Positions 55,809 to 64,000 of a stretch of DNA of 64,000 nucleotides are shown here, piece after piece. Position numbers and translations under genes: made by a program. Every line of letters starts with the position of its first letter. Position 1 is the first letter of the stretch. The notes under the pieces were generated by a model. It was not told the DNA's origin, made no database searches, and saw only the letters and a list, made by a program, of their open reading frames with translations. This DNA is from an uncultured Flavonifractor sp. (GTDB lineage Bacteria; Bacillota; Clostridia; Oscillospirales; Oscillospiraceae): NCBI GenBank assembly GCA_944385585.1, contig CALWXU010000002.1, positions 3,927-67,926 on the forward strand, given 5' to 3'.

Positions 55809-56932
55809 TCTATCTGGACAGCGCCGCAACCACCCTGCAGAAGCCGCCCGCCGTGGCCAGAGCCATGGCCCAGGCGGTAAACCGCCTGGCCAGTCCGGGG
55901 CGGGGCGGCCACGCCCCCGCCATGGCCGCGGCGGAGACCGCCTTCCGCTGCCGCCAGGCCGCGGCGGAGCTCTTCCAGGTGGAAAACCCGGAGCAGGTGG
56001 TGTTTACCTCCAGCGCCACCCACGGCCTGAACATCGCCATCCACTCCCTGCTGCGGCCGGGGGACGCGGTGGTGATCTCCGGCTATGAGCACAATGCGGT
56101 CACCCGCCCCCTCCACGCCCTGGGGGCGGAGGTGCGGGTGGCGGAGGCCCCCCTCTTTGACCGGGCGGCCCAGCTGGAGGCCTTTGCGCAGAAGCTGGAC
56201 GGGGACGTGAGGGCGGTGGTCTGCACCCACGTGTCCAACGTCTTTGGCTTTGTCCTGCCGGTGGAGGGGATTGCCGCCCTGTGCCGGGAGCGGGACATCC
56301 CCTTTGTGCTGGACGCCTCCCAGTCCGCCGGCTGCCTGCCGGTGCGGATGGGGGAGCTGGGGGCGGCCTTCATCGCCATGCCGGGCCACAAGGGCCTCTA
56401 CGGCCCCCAGGGCACCGGGCTGCTGCTGTGCGGCGGGCCGGCGGAGCCCCTGCTCCAGGGGGGCACCGGCAGCGCCTCCGCCCTCCAGGAGATGCCCGCG
56501 TTCCTCCCCGACCGGCTGGAGGCGGGCACCCACAACATGCCCGGCATCGCCGGCCTGCTGGAGGGCATCCGCTTTGTCCGCACCCAGGGCACGGAGCGTA
56601 TCCTGGCCCATGAGCGCCGCCTGCTCCGGCCGGCGGGGGAGGCCCTGGAGGGCATACCCGGCGTCACGGTGTTCCAGGCGGAGGACCCGGCGGCCCAGGC
56701 GGGGGTGCTCTCCTTCCGGGTGGAGGGCGTGGACTGCGAGGCGGCGGGGGAGGCCCTGGGGGCTCAGGGCATCGCCGTCCGGGCGGGGCTCCACTGCGCC
56801 CCCCTGGCCCACCGCTCCGCCGGCACCCTGGAATCCGGCGCCGTCCGGATCAGCGTCTCCGCCTTCAACACCCCGCGGGAGCTCCACCGCATGGTCCAGG
56901 CCGTGGCCCGGCTGGCCGGGCACAGAAAATAG
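55805..56932 (+). CDS. Cysteine desulfurase family (class V PLP enzyme)
   Basis: IYLDSAATT, EHNAV, DASQ, PGHKGL, EAGT, RAGLHCAP. Confidence 0.92.
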   Translation: MIYLDSAATTLQKPPAVARAMAQAVNRLASPGRGGHAPAMAAAETAFRCRQAAAELFQVENPEQVVFTSSATHGLNIAIHSLLRPGDAVVISGYEHNAVTRPLHALGAEVRVAEAPLFDRAAQLEAFAQKLDGDVRAVVCTHVSNVFGFVLPVEGIAALCRERDIPFVLDASQSAGCLPVRMGELGAAFIAMPGHKGLYGPQGTGLLLCGGPAEPLLQGGTGSASALQEMPAFLPDRLEAGTHNMPGIAGLLEGIRFVRTQGTERILAHERRLLRPAGEALEGIPGVTVFQAEDPAAQAGVLSFRVEGVDCEAAGEALGAQGIAVRAGLHCAPLAHRSAGTLESGAVRISVSAFNTPRELHRMVQAVARLAGHRK

Positions 56933-56953
56933 CCGCAGACGCGGCTATTTTTT
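56926..56953 (+). terminator. Intrinsic terminator
   Basis: AAAATAGCCGC/GCGGCTATTTT stem with T run. Confidence 0.8.
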
Positions 56954-57047
56954 GTGCCCGGAGGGGTGGGGCGGGACCGGCGGCGGCGCCCCTGCGCACC
57001 GAACGGCCCCGGGGGACCTGTTCACAGAAAATTGATTTCCCTTCTAC

Positions 57048-57076
57048 TTGTCAACCGCCTGGGAATACAGTATAAT
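57048..57076 (+). promoter_or_regulatory. SigA promoter for the cdaA operon
   Basis: TTGTCA-N17-TATAAT. Confidence 0.75.
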
Positions 57077-57152
57077 AAATCAGTTAGAGGGCCCGGCTTC
57101 CTCTGGAACCGGGCCGAGACGCCGGCAGGGCCGGGAGCGGGAGACGGTGGAG

Positions 57153-58040
57153 ATGGAAGGCATTTTGTATGTACTCCAGCAGTTCTGGAGCATGATAACC
57201 CCCTTCGGGATTTCCGATGTGGTGGATATTGCCATTATGTCGCTGATCATCTACAAGGTGATCATGCTCATCCTGCGCACCAACTCCGGCGCGGTGGCCA
57301 AGGGCGTGCTGCTCCTGCTGGCCGCCTTCGGGATTTCCAGCATCTTTCAGCTCAACACCATCAGCTATCTGCTGCTGCAGGCGCTGGACTGGGGCGTCAT
57401 CGCCCTGGTGGTGCTGTTCCAGCCGGAGATCCGCCGCTTCCTGGAGAAGATGGGCCGCACCAGCCTGGGCACCGTGTTTACCTCTGAGGAGGAGCGGGAC
57501 GAGCTGGACAGCGCCATCACCCAGACGGTGGAGGCCTACGCCTCCCTGTCCAAGAGCCGGACGGGCGCGCTCATGGTCTTTGAGCGCAAGAACATGCTGG
57601 ACGACGCCATCAAGACGGGCACCGCCCTGGACTGCACGGTGAACGCCGAGCTTTTGAAAAATATCTTCTGGAACAAGGCCCCCCTCCACGACGGCGCGGT
57701 GATCGTCCGGGGCGGGCGGATTGTGGGCGCCGGATGCATGCTCCCCATGTCCGGCAACGTGAACCTGTCCCGGGAGCTGGGCATGCGCCACCGGGCCGGC
57801 ATCGGCGCCAGCGAGCAGACCGACGCGGTGGTGGCCATCGTCTCGGAGGAGACGGGCTCCATCTCGGTGGCGGTGGGCGGCATGCTCAAGCGCCACCTGG
57901 CGCCGGAGACCCTGGAGCGGCTGCTCCGCAACGAGCTGCTGCCGGAGCTGGGCGAGGGCGACACGCCGTCCAAATTCAAGCTGGGCAGCTTGCTCCGCTT
58001 TGTAAAGGGGGATAGGCAGGATGGGAAAGAAGATTCTTAA
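57153..58040 (+). CDS. cdaA: Diadenylate cyclase
   Basis: Three TM helices, FQPEIRR, PLHDGA, GMRHRA, VSEETG. Confidence 0.96.
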   Translation: MEGILYVLQQFWSMITPFGISDVVDIAIMSLIIYKVIMLILRTNSGAVAKGVLLLLAAFGISSIFQLNTISYLLLQALDWGVIALVVLFQPEIRRFLEKMGRTSLGTVFTSEEERDELDSAITQTVEAYASLSKSRTGALMVFERKNMLDDAIKTGTALDCTVNAELLKNIFWNKAPLHDGAVIVRGGRIVGAGCMLPMSGNVNLSRELGMRHRAGIGASEQTDAVVAIVSEETGSISVAVGGMLKRHLAPETLERLLRNELLPELGEGDTPSKFKLGSLLRFVKGDRQDGKEDS

Positions 58041-59277
58041 CAGCAGGTGGCTCTACGCCGCCCTCTCCGTCCTGCTGGCCTTTGTCCTGTGGCTCTATGT
58101 GGGGCGGGAGGCCAACCCGGAGGTGACCAACACCCTGGGCCACGTCCAGGTGGTATACAGCGGCCTGGAGAGCCTGGAGGAGCGGGGCCTGATGATCTCC
58201 GAGGGGGCGGAGCAGACCGTCTCCCTGCGCATACGGGCCACCCGGGACGTGTGGCGCCGCCTCAACTCGGGAGACACCACCGTCACCATCGACGTCTCCG
58301 GGATCACCGAGCCGGGGGCGCAGAGCGTCTCCATCACCACCCGCAACATCAGCTTCCCACGGTCCATCACGGCGCTGGACTCCATCGACGTCCAGTATAC
58401 GAGCCCGAGTGCGGTGGAGTTCACGGTGTCCCGCTGGGCCTCCAGGGAGGTGCCGGTCCAGGGCAGCTTCCTCGGCAGCGTGGCCGACGGCTACCAGCGG
58501 GAGGAGTTCTCCTTCGCGCCGGAGACGGTCACGGTCAGCGGGCAGGAGGAGCTGGTGGACCAGGTGGACCACGCCCTGGTGACCGTGAGCCAGGAGAATT
58601 TGAGCGCAACCTTCAGTGAGAACTGCACCTATACGCTGGTGGACGCGGAGGGAGAGCCTCTGGCCGAGGCCGCCCAGCTGGAGACAGCCCCGGAGACGGT
58701 GCTCACCACCCTGCGGGTCGTCCAGCTGAAGGAGGTGGAGCTGACGGTGGATATCATCCCCGGCGGCGGCGCCGCGGAGGGGGACGGCCATGTGACGGTG
58801 GATATCAGCCCCGCCACGATCACTGTGTCGGGCGAGGCGGCGGATCTGGCGGAGCTGGACAGCATCAGCCTGGGAGAAATTGACCTGTCCCAGGTGTTCG
58901 GCACCGAAACCAGGAGAATGACCATCCCCCTGGACGCCTCCCTTACCAATGTCAGCGGCCCGGCCGAGGCCACGGTGACGGTCCAGGTGGAGGGGCTGTC
59001 CACCAAGACCCTGGAGGTCACAAACATCAACACCAGCAACGAGCCGGACGGGTATCATGTGGACGTGGTGACCCAGTCGCTGACGGTGATGGTCCGCGGC
59101 ACCCAGGAGGCGGTGGACGCCGTCGTCGCCTCCCAGATCCGGGTGGTAGCGGATCTGTCCGACCTGGACCTCTCCACCGGCACCCGGACGGTGCCCGTCC
59201 GGGTCTACCTGGACGGTAGCAGCGAGGTGGGCGTCATGGGCGAGTACAACATCTCCATCTCCATCTCACGGTCATAA
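58021..59277 (+). CDS. cdaR: CdaR (YbbR repeats)
   Basis: N-terminal TM, PETVTVSG and PATITVSG repeats; follows cdaA. Confidence 0.88.
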   Translation: MGKKILNSRWLYAALSVLLAFVLWLYVGREANPEVTNTLGHVQVVYSGLESLEERGLMISEGAEQTVSLRIRATRDVWRRLNSGDTTVTIDVSGITEPGAQSVSITTRNISFPRSITALDSIDVQYTSPSAVEFTVSRWASREVPVQGSFLGSVADGYQREEFSFAPETVTVSGQEELVDQVDHALVTVSQENLSATFSENCTYTLVDAEGEPLAEAAQLETAPETVLTTLRVVQLKEVELTVDIIPGGGAAEGDGHVTVDISPATITVSGEAADLAELDSISLGEIDLSQVFGTETRRMTIPLDASLTNVSGPAEATVTVQVEGLSTKTLEVTNINTSNEPDGYHVDVVTQSLTVMVRGTQEAVDAVVASQIRVVADLSDLDLSTGTRTVPVRVYLDGSSEVGVMGEYNISISISRS

Positions 59278-59305
59278 ACAGAAAAAAGAGTCAGGTGAAT
59301 CACAA

Positions 59306-59734
59306 ATGGTACAAACCGCAAAAGTGACCCGCGTCCTGCCCGGCGGCCGGGCGGAGGTGTCCGTCAAACGGCAGTCCGCCTGCAGCCATGACTGCGCCAA
59401 GTGCGGCGGAGGGTGCAGCGAGCTGATGGTGAGCTCCACCGTGTCGGTCATCGCCGCCAACGCCATCGGCGCCCAGCCCGGCGATACGGTGACGGTGGAG
59501 TCCTCCACCAGGGGCGTGCTGGGCGCGGCCGTCATGGTCTATCTGGTGCCCTTCCTGCTGTTCTTCGTGGGCTATTTCGCCGCCGCCGCCCTGGGGCTGC
59601 CCTCCGGCGGCAGCGCCGCGGTGGGTGCGTTGGGGTTCGCTTTGGGGCTCCTGCTGGCGGTGCTCTGGGACCGCCGTGTGCGCAGGCAGCAGACCATCTC
59701 CTTCCGCATCACCGCCATCGCCGCCGGGGACTGA
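59306..59734 (+). CDS. RseC/MucC family membrane protein
   Basis: RQSACSHDCAKC, NAIGAQPGDTV, VYLVP, two TM helices. Confidence 0.85.
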   Translation: MVQTAKVTRVLPGGRAEVSVKRQSACSHDCAKCGGGCSELMVSSTVSVIAANAIGAQPGDTVTVESSTRGVLGAAVMVYLVPFLLFFVGYFAAAALGLPSGGSAAVGALGFALGLLLAVLWDRRVRRQQTISFRITAIAAGD

Positions 59735-60603
59735 TGTTCGGCTATGTGCGCCCCAACCGGGACGAGCTGCGGGTGCGCCAGAGCCGGGACTATGAGGCGC
59801 TCTACTGCGGCCTCTGTCACGCCCTGGGGCGGCGGAACGGCCTGATCGCCCGGTTTTTCCTCAACTACGACTTCGCCTTTCTGGCCATGCTGCTGGACGG
59901 GCAAGCGCCGGAGGTGGAGCGGCGGCGCTGTCCGGCCCGGCTGTGGTGCCGAAAAAGGAGCTGCGTCTGCTCCGCCGGCGTGGACGCGGCGGCGGACGCC
60001 GGGACGATTTTGAGCTACTGGAAGCTGCGGGACACCGTGGCCGACGGGGGTGTTTGGGCGAGGAGCGCAGCCAAGCTGCTGTCCGCCCTGCTGCGGCCGG
60101 CCTACCGCCGGGCCGCGGCGCACCGGCCGGAGTTCGACGGGACGGTGCGGGGCTGCCTGGAGGAGCTCCAGGCCCTGGAGCGGGAGGGCTGCCCCTCCCT
60201 GGACCGGACGGCGGACACCTTTGCCCGCCTCCTGGCCGCCGCGGCCCCGCCGTCGGGGGACAGCGCCAGAGACCGGGCGCTGGGGCAGCTGCTCTACCAC
60301 GTGGGGCGGTGGATCTATCTGACAGACGCCTGGGACGATCTGGAGGAGGACCGGCGCACCGGGTCCTATAACCCCATCGCCGCCCGCTTCGGCGGGGAGG
60401 CGGAGGCCGGCCGGGACGACCTGCGCGTCACCCTGCGCCACTCCCTCAATCTGGCGCGCTCCGCCGCCGCCCTGCTGGAGCTGGGATATTGGACGGAGAC
60501 GGTGGAGAACATCCTCTTTCTGGGCCTGCCCATGGTGGAGGAGCTTGTGTTTACCGGCCGCTGGAGGGCCGTCAATCATCGAAACAGGAGACAGAATCCA
60601 TGA
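59734..60603 (+). CDS. DUF5685-like protein
   Basis: [31 protein letters not shown]; ATG overlaps the upstream TGA. Confidence 0.8.
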   Translation: MFGYVRPNRDELRVRQSRDYEALYCGLCHALGRRNGLIARFFLNYDFAFLAMLLDGQAPEVERRRCPARLWCRKRSCVCSAGVDAAADAGTILSYWKLRDTVADGGVWARSAAKLLSALLRPAYRRAAAHRPEFDGTVRGCLEELQALEREGCPSLDRTADTFARLLAAAAPPSGDSARDRALGQLLYHVGRWIYLTDAWDDLEEDRRTGSYNPIAARFGGEAEAGRDDLRVTLRHSLNLARSAAALLELGYWTETVENILFLGLPMVEELVFTGRWRAVNHRNRRQNP

Positions 60604-61205
60604 CTGATCCATATGCCGTGCTGGGCGTCAAGCCAGACGCCAGCGATGAGGAAATCAAGCGGGCCTATCGGGAGCTGGCCCGGAAGTACCACCCGGACAA
60701 CTACCAGAACAATCCCCTGGCCGACCTGGCCGAGGAGAAGATGAAGGAGATTAATGAGGCCTACGACGCCATCACCAAGATGCGCAGCGGGGCCTCCTCC
60801 GGCGGCTGCCAGAGCCAGGGGGCCTACCGGGGCGCCTACCAGGGGGGCTATCAGCAGCAGTCCTCCGCCTCCGGCAGCCTGTATAACCAGGTGCGTCAGG
60901 CCATCAACATGGGGGACATCAGCCGGGCGGAGGAGTTGCTCCGCTCCGCCCCCGCCCAGGACGCCGAGTGGCACTTCCTCACCGGCTCCATCGCCTACCG
61001 CAAGGGGTGGCTGGACGAGGCCACCCAGCACTTCCAGATGGCCTGCAACATGGACCCCTCCAACGGGGAGTACCGGCAGGCCCTGATGATGATGCGCCAG
61101 GGGGGACAGGCCTACCGCCCCTACGGCTACGGCGGCGGGGTGGACGCCTGCGACTGCTGTACGGCCTGTCTGTGTATGAACATGTGCTGTGGAGGCTGGG
61201 GCTGA
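60600..61205 (+). CDS. J-domain protein with TPR-like helices and Cys-rich C-terminus
   Basis: DPYAVLG, KYHPD, EINEAYD; AEWHFL...DPSNGEY; tail [19 protein letters not shown]. Confidence 0.9.
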   Translation: MTDPYAVLGVKPDASDEEIKRAYRELARKYHPDNYQNNPLADLAEEKMKEINEAYDAITKMRSGASSGGCQSQGAYRGAYQGGYQQQSSASGSLYNQVRQAINMGDISRAEELLRSAPAQDAEWHFLTGSIAYRKGWLDEATQHFQMACNMDPSNGEYRQALMMMRQGGQAYRPYGYGGGVDACDCCTACLCMNMCCGGWG

Positions 61206-61208
61206 GTC

Positions 61209-61745
61209 ATGAGAGAGAGCCGATATGGAAGGGGGGCCGGCCGGGTGGCCCTGGTGGGCGTCCTGGCCGGGATGTCCCTGGTGTTCCTCTATCTCTCCAG
61301 CCTGTCGCCCACGGCACAGCTGGGCATTGTGGCCATCGCGGGCCTGTTCCCCGCGGGGGCAGTGGTGTCCGCGGGGCTGGGGGCCGGCTTTTTCTGCTAC
61401 GGCGCCGCGGGCCTGCTGGGCCTGCTTTTGCTGCCGGACAAGGCCAACGCCCTGCTCTACCTGATTTTCTTCGGCCTGTGGCCCATGGTCAAGAGCCTGC
61501 TGGAGCGGCTGCGCAGCCGTGCGGCGGAGTGGATTGCCAAGCTGGCGGTGTTCAACGCGGCGCTGACCCTGTGCTATGTCGTCCTGGGGGAGCTGTTTCT
61601 CCCCTTCCTGCCCAAAGCCCTCACCGCCGCCTGGATGGTCTATGCCGCCGGCAACGCGGCCTTTGTGGTCTATGACATCGGCTTTTCCAAGCTCATCGCC
61701 TTTTATGTGGCCCGGGTGGACAGGGTCTTGCGGAAGGCGGCCTAG
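61209..61745 (+). CDS. Uncharacterised multi-TM membrane protein
   Basis: About six hydrophobic segments; LLLPDK, FFGLWP, FVVYD. Confidence 0.8.
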   Translation: MRESRYGRGAGRVALVGVLAGMSLVFLYLSSLSPTAQLGIVAIAGLFPAGAVVSAGLGAGFFCYGAAGLLGLLLLPDKANALLYLIFFGLWPMVKSLLERLRSRAAEWIAKLAVFNAALTLCYVVLGELFLPFLPKALTAAWMVYAAGNAAFVVYDIGFSKLIAFYVARVDRVLRKAA

Positions 61746-61756
61746 TCTGGTATAAT
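61728..61756 (+). promoter_or_regulatory. SigA promoter for yicC-remA-gmk-rpoZ
   Basis: TTGCGG-N17-TATAAT. Confidence 0.65.
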
Positions 61757-61798
61757 TTTTCAGATAGCCAAACGACGAAGGGACAGGGGGAACCGGCA

Positions 61799-62677
61799 TT
61801 GGTAAAGAGCATGACGGGGTACGGCAGGGGGGAGGCCGTGGTGAACGGCCGCCCCATCACCGTGGAGGTGCGCTCGGTGAACAACCGCTACCTGGACTGC
61901 AGCGTCAAGCTGCCCCGGGTGTACGTGTTTGCCGAGGACGCCATCAAGACCGGGGTACAGGGCCATATCTCCCGGGGCAAGGTGGACGTGTTCGTCACCA
62001 TCGGCCCGTCTGAGGAGGGCGACACGGCCATCTCGGTGAACAAACCCCTGGCGGACGGCTATTACGCTGCCCTGTGTGAGCTGCGGGACAGCTACGGCCT
62101 GAAGGACGACATCTCTGTCGCCCTCCTCTCCCGGTTCCCTGACGTATTTTTGGTGGAGAGGACCCAGGAGGATCTGGAGGCCGTGTCCGCCGATATCTGC
62201 TCCGTGCTGGAGCAGGCCCTGGCCGACTTCGACGCCATGCGGGTGCGGGAGGGGGAGAAGCTCTGCCAGGATGTGCTGGGCCGGGCGGACACCATTGAGG
62301 GCCTCACCGCCAGGGTGGAGGAGCGCTCCCCCGGCATCGTGGCCGACTACCGCGCCCGCCTGACCGCCAAGCTGAATGAGGTGCTCCAGAACACCCAGCT
62401 GGACGAGGGGCGGATCCTCACCGAGGCGGCCATCTACGCCGATAAGGTGGCGGTGGACGAGGAGACGGTCCGCCTGCGCAGCCACCTGTCCCAGCTGCGC
62501 CACATGCTGGGGCAGGGGGGCGCCATCGGCCGCAAGCTGGACTTCCTGATCCAGGAGTTCAACCGGGAGGCCAACACCATCGGCTCCAAGTGCAGCGACA
62601 TCGAGACCGCCGGCTATGTGGTGGATATCAAGGCCGAGATCGAGAAGATCCGCGAGCAGATCCAGAACATTGAGTGA
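61799..62677 (+). CDS. yicC: YicC/YloC family endoribonuclease
   Basis: KSMTGYGR, RSVNNRYLD, GRKLDFLIQEFNREANTIGSK, REQIQNIE. Confidence 0.95.
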   Translation: MVKSMTGYGRGEAVVNGRPITVEVRSVNNRYLDCSVKLPRVYVFAEDAIKTGVQGHISRGKVDVFVTIGPSEEGDTAISVNKPLADGYYAALCELRDSYGLKDDISVALLSRFPDVFLVERTQEDLEAVSADICSVLEQALADFDAMRVREGEKLCQDVLGRADTIEGLTARVEERSPGIVADYRARLTAKLNEVLQNTQLDEGRILTEAAIYADKVAVDEETVRLRSHLSQLRHMLGQGGAIGRKLDFLIQEFNREANTIGSKCSDIETAGYVVDIKAEIEKIREQIQNIE

Positions 62678-62689
62678 GGCGGTGGAGAG

Positions 62690-62962
62690 ATGAAGCTCAT
62701 CAACATCGGCTTTGGCAACATGGTCTCCGCCGGACGGCTCATCGCCATCGTCAGCCCGGAGTCGGCCCCCATCAAGCGGATGGTGCAGGAGGCCAGGGAC
62801 CGGGGCGTGCTCATTGACGCCAGCTTCGGCCGCCGCACCCGGGCGGTGCTGGTGATGGACAGCGGCCACATCGTCCTCTCGGCCCTCCAGCCGGAGACGG
62901 TGGCCGGACGCCTGGGCGGGCGGGACGCGGAGCCGTCTGAGGAGGAGAGGGAGGAGCCATGA
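62690..62962 (+). CDS. remA: RemA/DUF370 family protein
   Basis: [31 protein letters not shown]. Confidence 0.93.
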   Translation: MKLINIGFGNMVSAGRLIAIVSPESAPIKRMVQEARDRGVLIDASFGRRTRAVLVMDSGHIVLSALQPETVAGRLGGRDAEPSEEEREEP

Positions 62963-63588
62963 ACTGGAAGAAAAAAGGGAGGGGACAGCTCATCGTCCTG
63001 TCCGGCCCCTCCGGCGTGGGCAAGAGCACGGTGATCGCCGAGCTGCTGGGCGCCCGGAAGGACATCTATTTTTCCGTCTCCTTCACCACCCGGCAGCCAC
63101 GGGTGGGGGAGGAGGACGGCGTCAACTACAACTTCGTCACCCGGGAGGAGTTCGAGGGGATGATCGCCGGCGACGAGCTGTTAGAGTACGCCGAATATGT
63201 CCATAATTACTACGGAACCTCCCTGCGCCTGATCCAGGAGAAGCTGGAGGCCGGCATCGACGTGCTGCTGGACATCGAGGTGCAGGGGGCCGCCAAGGTG
63301 CGCGCCAAGTGCCCCGACGCGGTGTTTATCTTCATCGTGCCCCCGTCCTTTGAGGAGCTGTCCCGCCGCCTCCACCGCCGGGCCACCGACCAGGAGGATG
63401 TGATCCAGGGCCGGCTCCAGAAGGCCAGGGAGGAGTGCAAGCAGATCCCCCAGTACGACTATGTGGTGGTCAACGAAAAGGTGTCGGAGGCCGCCTGGGA
63501 GATCATTTCCATCCTGACGGCGGAGAGCTGCCGAACCAAGAACCGCGTCCAGCTGCTGGACGCCATTTCATCCGTGGAAGGAGATTGA
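62959..63588 (+). CDS. gmk: Guanylate kinase
   Basis: [29 protein letters not shown]. Confidence 0.97.
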   Translation: MNWKKKGRGQLIVLSGPSGVGKSTVIAELLGARKDIYFSVSFTTRQPRVGEEDGVNYNFVTREEFEGMIAGDELLEYAEYVHNYYGTSLRLIQEKLEAGIDVLLDIEVQGAAKVRAKCPDAVFIFIVPPSFEELSRRLHRRATDQEDVIQGRLQKAREECKQIPQYDYVVVNEKVSEAAWEIISILTAESCRTKNRVQLLDAISSVEGD

Positions 63589-63593
63589 GTGAC

Positions 63594-63803
63594 ATGATGC
63601 TGGAACCCCCCATGAACAAGCTGCTGCAGCAGGTGCCCAGCCGCTATCTGCTGGTCAACGTGGTGGCCCAGCGGGCCCGTCAGGTGGCCAGCGAGGCCGA
63701 GGACGCCGGGATTCCCCTGGATGACAAGCCGGTGACCATCGCCATCCGTGAGGTGGCCGAGGGCAAGGTGGAGCTGACCGAGGAGGAGAAGGAAGAGGCG
63801 TGA
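63594..63803 (+). CDS. rpoZ: RNA polymerase omega subunit
   Basis: SRYLLVNVVAQRARQ, KPVTIAIREV. Confidence 0.93.
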   Translation: MMLEPPMNKLLQQVPSRYLLVNVVAQRARQVASEAEDAGIPLDDKPVTIAIREVAEGKVELTEEEKEEA

Positions 63804-63874
63804 GCGCCTGAGGAGGCAAGCGGCGGGCCCTTTGGCCCCGGCGCTTGCCTTTTCTGGAGAAAGGGGGCTTGACG

Positions 63875-64000
63875 ATGGCGGGAAATACGGTGGCAAAGAT
63901 CGCCCTGCAGGCCGCGACCTATGCCATTGACAAGCCCTACGACTATCAGGTGCCCCTGGAGCTGCTGGACACGCTGCGCCCCGGCATGCGGGTGGTCGTC
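63875..64000 (+). CDS. priA: Primosomal protein N' (5' part only)
   Basis: IDKPYDYQVP...PGMRVVV N-terminus; follows rpoZ. Confidence 0.85.
   Translation, partial: MAGNTVAKIALQAATYAIDKPYDYQVPLELLDTLRPGMRVVV

Noticed and set aside
1-64000. CRISPR array, tRNA or rRNA genes
   Set aside because: No regularly spaced repeats, cloverleaf signatures or rRNA-sized non-coding stretches seen in any intergenic region

Overview
High-GC Firmicutes chromosome segment; gene content and order suggest a spore-forming Oscillospiraceae-type clostridium (inference). It is mostly core genome: truA-ecfT/A2/A1, ddl-murF, mtnA, ABC-F, prfA, sua5, coaE/M18 aminopeptidase, tepA, pyrH-frr-uppS-cdsA-dxr-rseP-ispG-polC, ferritin, hisZGDBHAFIE, a three-gene SleC-like cortex-lysis cluster, site-2 protease-scpAB-ytfI-ytfJ-dacB-rluB, rpiR-baiN-cmk-plsC-ispH/rpsA, carD-ispD-ispF, cysteine desulfurase, cdaA-cdaR, yicC-remA-gmk-rpoZ-priA. 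I found no rRNA, tRNA, CRISPR array or intact mobile element. Most interesting: (1) a coupled RseC-like / DUF5685-like (isoprenoid-synthase-type Asp-rich motif) / J-domain protein with a C-terminal cysteine string / membrane protein module behind cdaA-cdaR; (2) a duplicated polC 3' end (clamp-binding motif) flanking a 130-bp multi-hairpin element, creating a small ORF; (3) two in-frame fusions with internal starts (ispH-rpsA with an internal promoter; coaE-aminopeptidase); (4) an internally deleted IS481-like element; (5) a SleC with its pre/pro-like region as a separate gene; (6) a LexA-like repressor lacking its catalytic Lys. Family names come from motif recognition by eye, not from searches.
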